Assembly (NCBI GenBank): GCA_964036045.1
Contig: OZ038378.1
Location: 170,438,001-170,502,000, forward strand
Direction: 5' to 3'
DNA: 64,000 nt
Source of the DNA: Eutreptiella sp. 'Long Island Sound 2002'
Lineage: Eukaryota > Protista > Euglenida
In this document: in pieces, positions 61,201-64,000 of the stretch
Layout: every line of letters starts with the position of its first letter
Position numbering within the stretch: position 1 is the first letter of the stretch
Position numbers and translations under genes: made by a program
The notes under the pieces: model-generated
The model's database searches: none
Seen by the model: only the letters and a program-made list of their open reading frames with translations
What the model was told of the DNA's origin: nothing

Positions 61201-62644
61201 CGATGTGATATCTACTGGGATGGGATCAGCGAGGATCAATATTTGTCTATGTATGGCCCTCGGTTTTTCAGCCCAAGCCTGGGCCAAGTGGAGTGAGAAA
61301 GCATTATTGCCCTATCCTTGTGGAGGGGAGTCACAGAGGAGCCGCTCATGTTTGTGCCAGACCCCACATGTACCTAGACATGTTCGCATGGCATGCTCAA
61401 CATTCAGGATCCGCGATTTGCCTGCACAAATGGGCCGGCATCTGGGCCGACCGAAGAGCCTAGCATATCACCGGCGATCCAACTTGGCAGCTCGGCCCCA
61501 AGGTCCTGCCTTTAATTACCCTTACCCTGCGGGGTCGGGGTCTGCGGCGCGCCCGCGGCGCGTAGTAAGCGCTACAAACGACTCAGTGTCCGGGCCGGGA
61601 TTTGCCTGCACAAATGGGCCGGCAGCCGGGCCGGGATTTGCTTGTACCAATAAGCCGGCATTTGGCCAGCCAAAGAGCTTGGCATATTGCCCGTTATCCA
61701 ACCCAATAGCTCAACCCCAAGGTCCCACCCCAGCAGCCTATACAAACAAGCTCGCGTCCGGGCTAGGATTTGCCTGTACAAATTCGCCAACATTCGGCTG
61801 GCCCAAGAGCCTTGCATATCGCCGGTGATCTGGGCCGGTGGCTCGGCCCCGAGGTTCCTCCCCGGTTGCATGTACAAATTGGCTGCCAGGCCCAGCATAT
61901 GGATAGCCATTTCGGTGTACAACCCAGGAGCATACCAAGCAATATTGTTGCCTTGCCTCCAATATTGGGTTGCATATACCAAGCAACCTTGCCTACCAAT
62001 CTTACCAGCAACATATATTTGGCAAAAGTGCCCTACCTTCTTTAGCTGTCTAGCTTCATGTGCAGCTGCCTAGAGGAGTGTAAAGTGAGCCCCCCCCCCC
62101 CCGCCTCCCGGTCAAGCACATCCTTGAGGCCCTGTGCAACACATGCATGTTGCAGACCCTGTTTGTTGTATATGGTCTAAGGTGCAGCATGCTGTACCGA
62201 ATGCGTTGGCTGGCCAATCCACCAATTTGGCAGGTTTGGAGCCTGGATCACTTGCACGGCCAAGCTGAGACTGCCAGCAAGCCCCACTGCTGCACGGAGT
62301 TAATCAGCTGCCCCTTCACCCCGACTTGTTCTCGTCTCAAAAGCACTGCACCATGTGCCCCTTTGTCCCCTCAATTCAGGTTAACCTCCATTTCCTTCCC
62401 CTGCATTTTGCAGGAGTACCGCCTGGATAAGTCCGGTCAGCTCTTGCCGCCGCCTCTGAAAAGAGAGCCCAGGCCCTCCAGCCCTTCACATCCCTCAAGT
62501 CCTTCAAGTCCCCGCCAGACTACCCTCGACTCATTCCTTGACCTTTCACCAGAGAAAGCCGTCAAACGGGAGCGTGGCAAGGCAAAGGGAAGGACAGGCA
62601 GACTGCAGGGGGCTTTCGGGGGGTCAAAGCCAAGAGCACAGTAA
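36189..62644 (+). CDS. Fusion protein (890 aa): N-terminal MTHFR/MetF-like FAD-linked oxidoreductase domain plus plant-like (CryP-type) cryptochrome/photolyase with a C-terminal extension
   Basis: 16 GT-AG exons: 36189-36389, 36712-37036, 39945-40244, 41350-41568, 44561-44736, 44851-44946, 46445-46645, 47737-47841, 49661-49766, 49871-50024, 50833-50926, 55599-55689, 57219-57304, 59333-59516, 60539-60642, 62414-62644. Total 2673 nt, every junction phase-compatible, no internal stop. Confidence 0.75.
37817..38709. mobile_element. MITE (possibly PIF/Harbinger-like) in intron 2, containing a ~175-bp tandem duplication related to the 86-bp satellite
   Basis: Termini GGGGGAACGTT / AACATTCCCCC with a possible 3-bp TSD TGG. 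The duplicated block lies at ~37975-38325. Confidence 0.5.
40545..41280. repeat. Degenerate CAACCCTC(T/C)A minisatellite in intron 3
   Basis: Repeated AACCCTCTAC/AACCCTCCAC units at ~40545-40620 and ~40970-41130. Confidence 0.75.
41350..62644 (+). CDS. Cryptochrome/photolyase family domain, exons 4-16
   Basis: Motifs [126 protein letters not shown]. Confidence 0.95.
44227..44298 (+). pseudogene. tRNA-like sequence (tRNA pseudogene or SINE head) in intron 4
   Basis: A-box-like TAGCTTAGTTGGTAG and B-box-like GGATCAAACC at tRNA spacing, followed by a T-run; the anticodon arm is degenerate. Confidence 0.45.
45759..45996 (+). repeat. ~240-bp dispersed intronic repeat, copy 2
   Basis: Matches 24258-24496. 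Confidence 0.9.
47412..47456. repeat. (GGGGCAT)n heptamer repeat
   Basis: Direct reading, ~6 units. Confidence 0.95.
51270..53290 (-). mobile_element. Decayed non-LTR retrotransposon (LINE-like RT plus C-terminal zinc knuckle) in intron 11
   Basis: FAYRPGHNA (RT domain 2/3-like), [12 protein letters not shown] (QG motif region), ITYSDD (catalytic YxDD), [16 protein letters not shown]. Multiple frameshifts and stops. Confidence 0.75.
54290..54900 (-). mobile_element. Second decayed LINE-like RT fragment
   Basis: [11 protein letters not shown]...[15 protein letters not shown] resembles RT domains 3-4; frameshifted and truncated. Confidence 0.45.
56080..56127. repeat. (GGGA)n microsatellite
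   Basis: Direct reading. Confidence 0.95.
58920..59046 (+). mobile_element. Possible tyrosine-recombinase (DIRS/Ngaro-like) remnant
   Basis: [13 protein letters not shown]...KPGHSMRTG resembles the YR HSxRxG motif; very short. Confidence 0.25.
61410..61885. repeat. Internally repetitive element in intron 15 (GATTTGC(C/T)TG(C/T)AC(A/C)AAT x4; AAGAGC..GCATAT x3)
   Basis: First motif at ~61415, 61599, 61634 and 61767; second at ~61453, 61673 and 61806. Confidence 0.7.
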
Positions 62645-64000
62645 CTTTTGTCATGTGCCATGCCAAAGCACACACCTACACTTGTGTATATGTCTCAGGG
62701 ACATCCATCATGTGCCAACTCAACAACTCAGAGCAAAATGCTGTTTTCCTGAATTGGGGCTTTTCACACCATTTTGTGAACAGTTTGTCAAGCAGAGGGG
62801 CACATGTGTATACTTCTTCAAACATGCATGAAAAGGGCTTTTGCAAGAGCCTTTGGGCAGCTGTGGGAGTGAGAAGGTCATGTTTCAATCGCCGCGGGCA
62901 AGGGAACACTATCTGCAGGCATGACAACAGATAGCACACGACGTTCCAAGCTTGCGGGGGTCATACCTCAAAATTATCGTTGAGCGAGGGTAAATTGATG
63001 CATTTCGATGTGCAGAAATCCAAGGCAGATCCCACCCTGCAACCTAACAACATTCTTGGAAGGTGCAGGCACTGCTTTTCGGAAACAGGCAGATTTCAGA
63101 GACTGAAAAGTCCTGGAGACCAGGGGATCAAATGTTGAAATTGTCTCGGACACGTTGGGGAGCTGAGAGAGGGGACATGAATTTTTCGATTCTGCCTGTG
63201 AAACTACCTCCGCTAGACTACTTTGCTCTCGACTCAACATACTGACACGTTGAAGCAGTTGGCGGTGCAAGTTCCAAGTGCTGCGAGCGCAGGCAAAACC
63301 TGGGCAGCAGAAAAACCTGTGACTGTTCAACATGTGTCCTCGATTTCTCAAACACCCTGTCTCCCTAGCAACGATTTGTACCTGCCCGAAACGCCCAATT
63401 CTTGCAGGTTTCAAAAAGGGAAAGGGGCAGGCAAATGCATAGATACACGTATATGTATTCGTGCATATGTGTAGGTGTATGCATACGTACCTGTATTTGC
63501 AGACGTATCTGTGTCTGCGTATGTTTGTATATGTATGTCTCTCAGGGACCCAGAAACGCGCCAACACAGAGCGTTTTTCAGGGTTGGGAACAATGTGCCC
63601 TGCTGGGTGGCTACATACCCCGTTCACAGTTTCCTTGTCAACTAAATTTCGACAAAACAAATGACCATTTTCGATGAGTACCGGTTTGCTGGGGCTGTAC
63701 GGTAAGAAGGGGTGGGACCTGCTGGTGGGAGGGCTCGCGGTTGCAAGGACCATGCCCAAAAGGCAGTGGATCTTCTTTGAGGATTCGCTGTGTTCCATGG
63801 CCCCGAGCAGCGGGGATAATCCAATCGCGTTCAGGTCTGCGCAAGCACTGCGGACCCAGGCTCCGGCTGACTGCCATGCAAAATGGAGTCCGATCGGGTG
63901 AAGATAGCATTTCTGCAGGTCCTCAGGGCGGCCTTCGAGGACTCAGTTCGTTCTGTCTTGTTCTTTGTATCCGCAGCCACAGTTGGTTACCCGCCACCCT

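Noticed and set aside
1-64000. rRNA, intact tRNA or spliced-leader RNA genes
   Set aside because: No recognisable conserved rRNA segments or euglenid SL exon sequence were seen; the only tRNA-like sequence is degenerate.

Overview
Eukaryotic nuclear DNA that is repeat-rich and has long introns. It is most likely from a photosynthetic euglenid (inference: a two-transmembrane, Euglena class-I-type plastid presequence and GTVTGY-type splice donors). The main result is a 16-exon, phase-consistent gene model (36189-62644, +, 890 aa) that joins an MTHFR/MetF-like FAD-linked oxidoreductase domain to a complete plant-like (CryP-type) cryptochrome/photolyase domain. Other genes are an intronless plastid-targeted Cys-type GST (5575-7488) and a multi-exon orphan coiled-coil gene (~17189-29808). 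The first ~4 kb looks like the right arm of a hAT-like element. It carries a 5-exon ParB-like/degenerate-methyltransferase-like gene with four 67-70 nt introns and two in-frame stops, surrounded by eight copies of a 14-bp palindrome (TGCGAGGCCTCGCA). A second hAT-like element (9876-13201) has TIRs and an exact 8-bp TSD and carries NUMOD1-like/PHD-like cargo but no visible transposase. Introns and spacers are filled with decayed LINE RT, MITEs, SINE-like repeats, an inverted ~86-bp satellite and microsatellites. All protein-family assignments come from motif recognition by eye; no searches were run.
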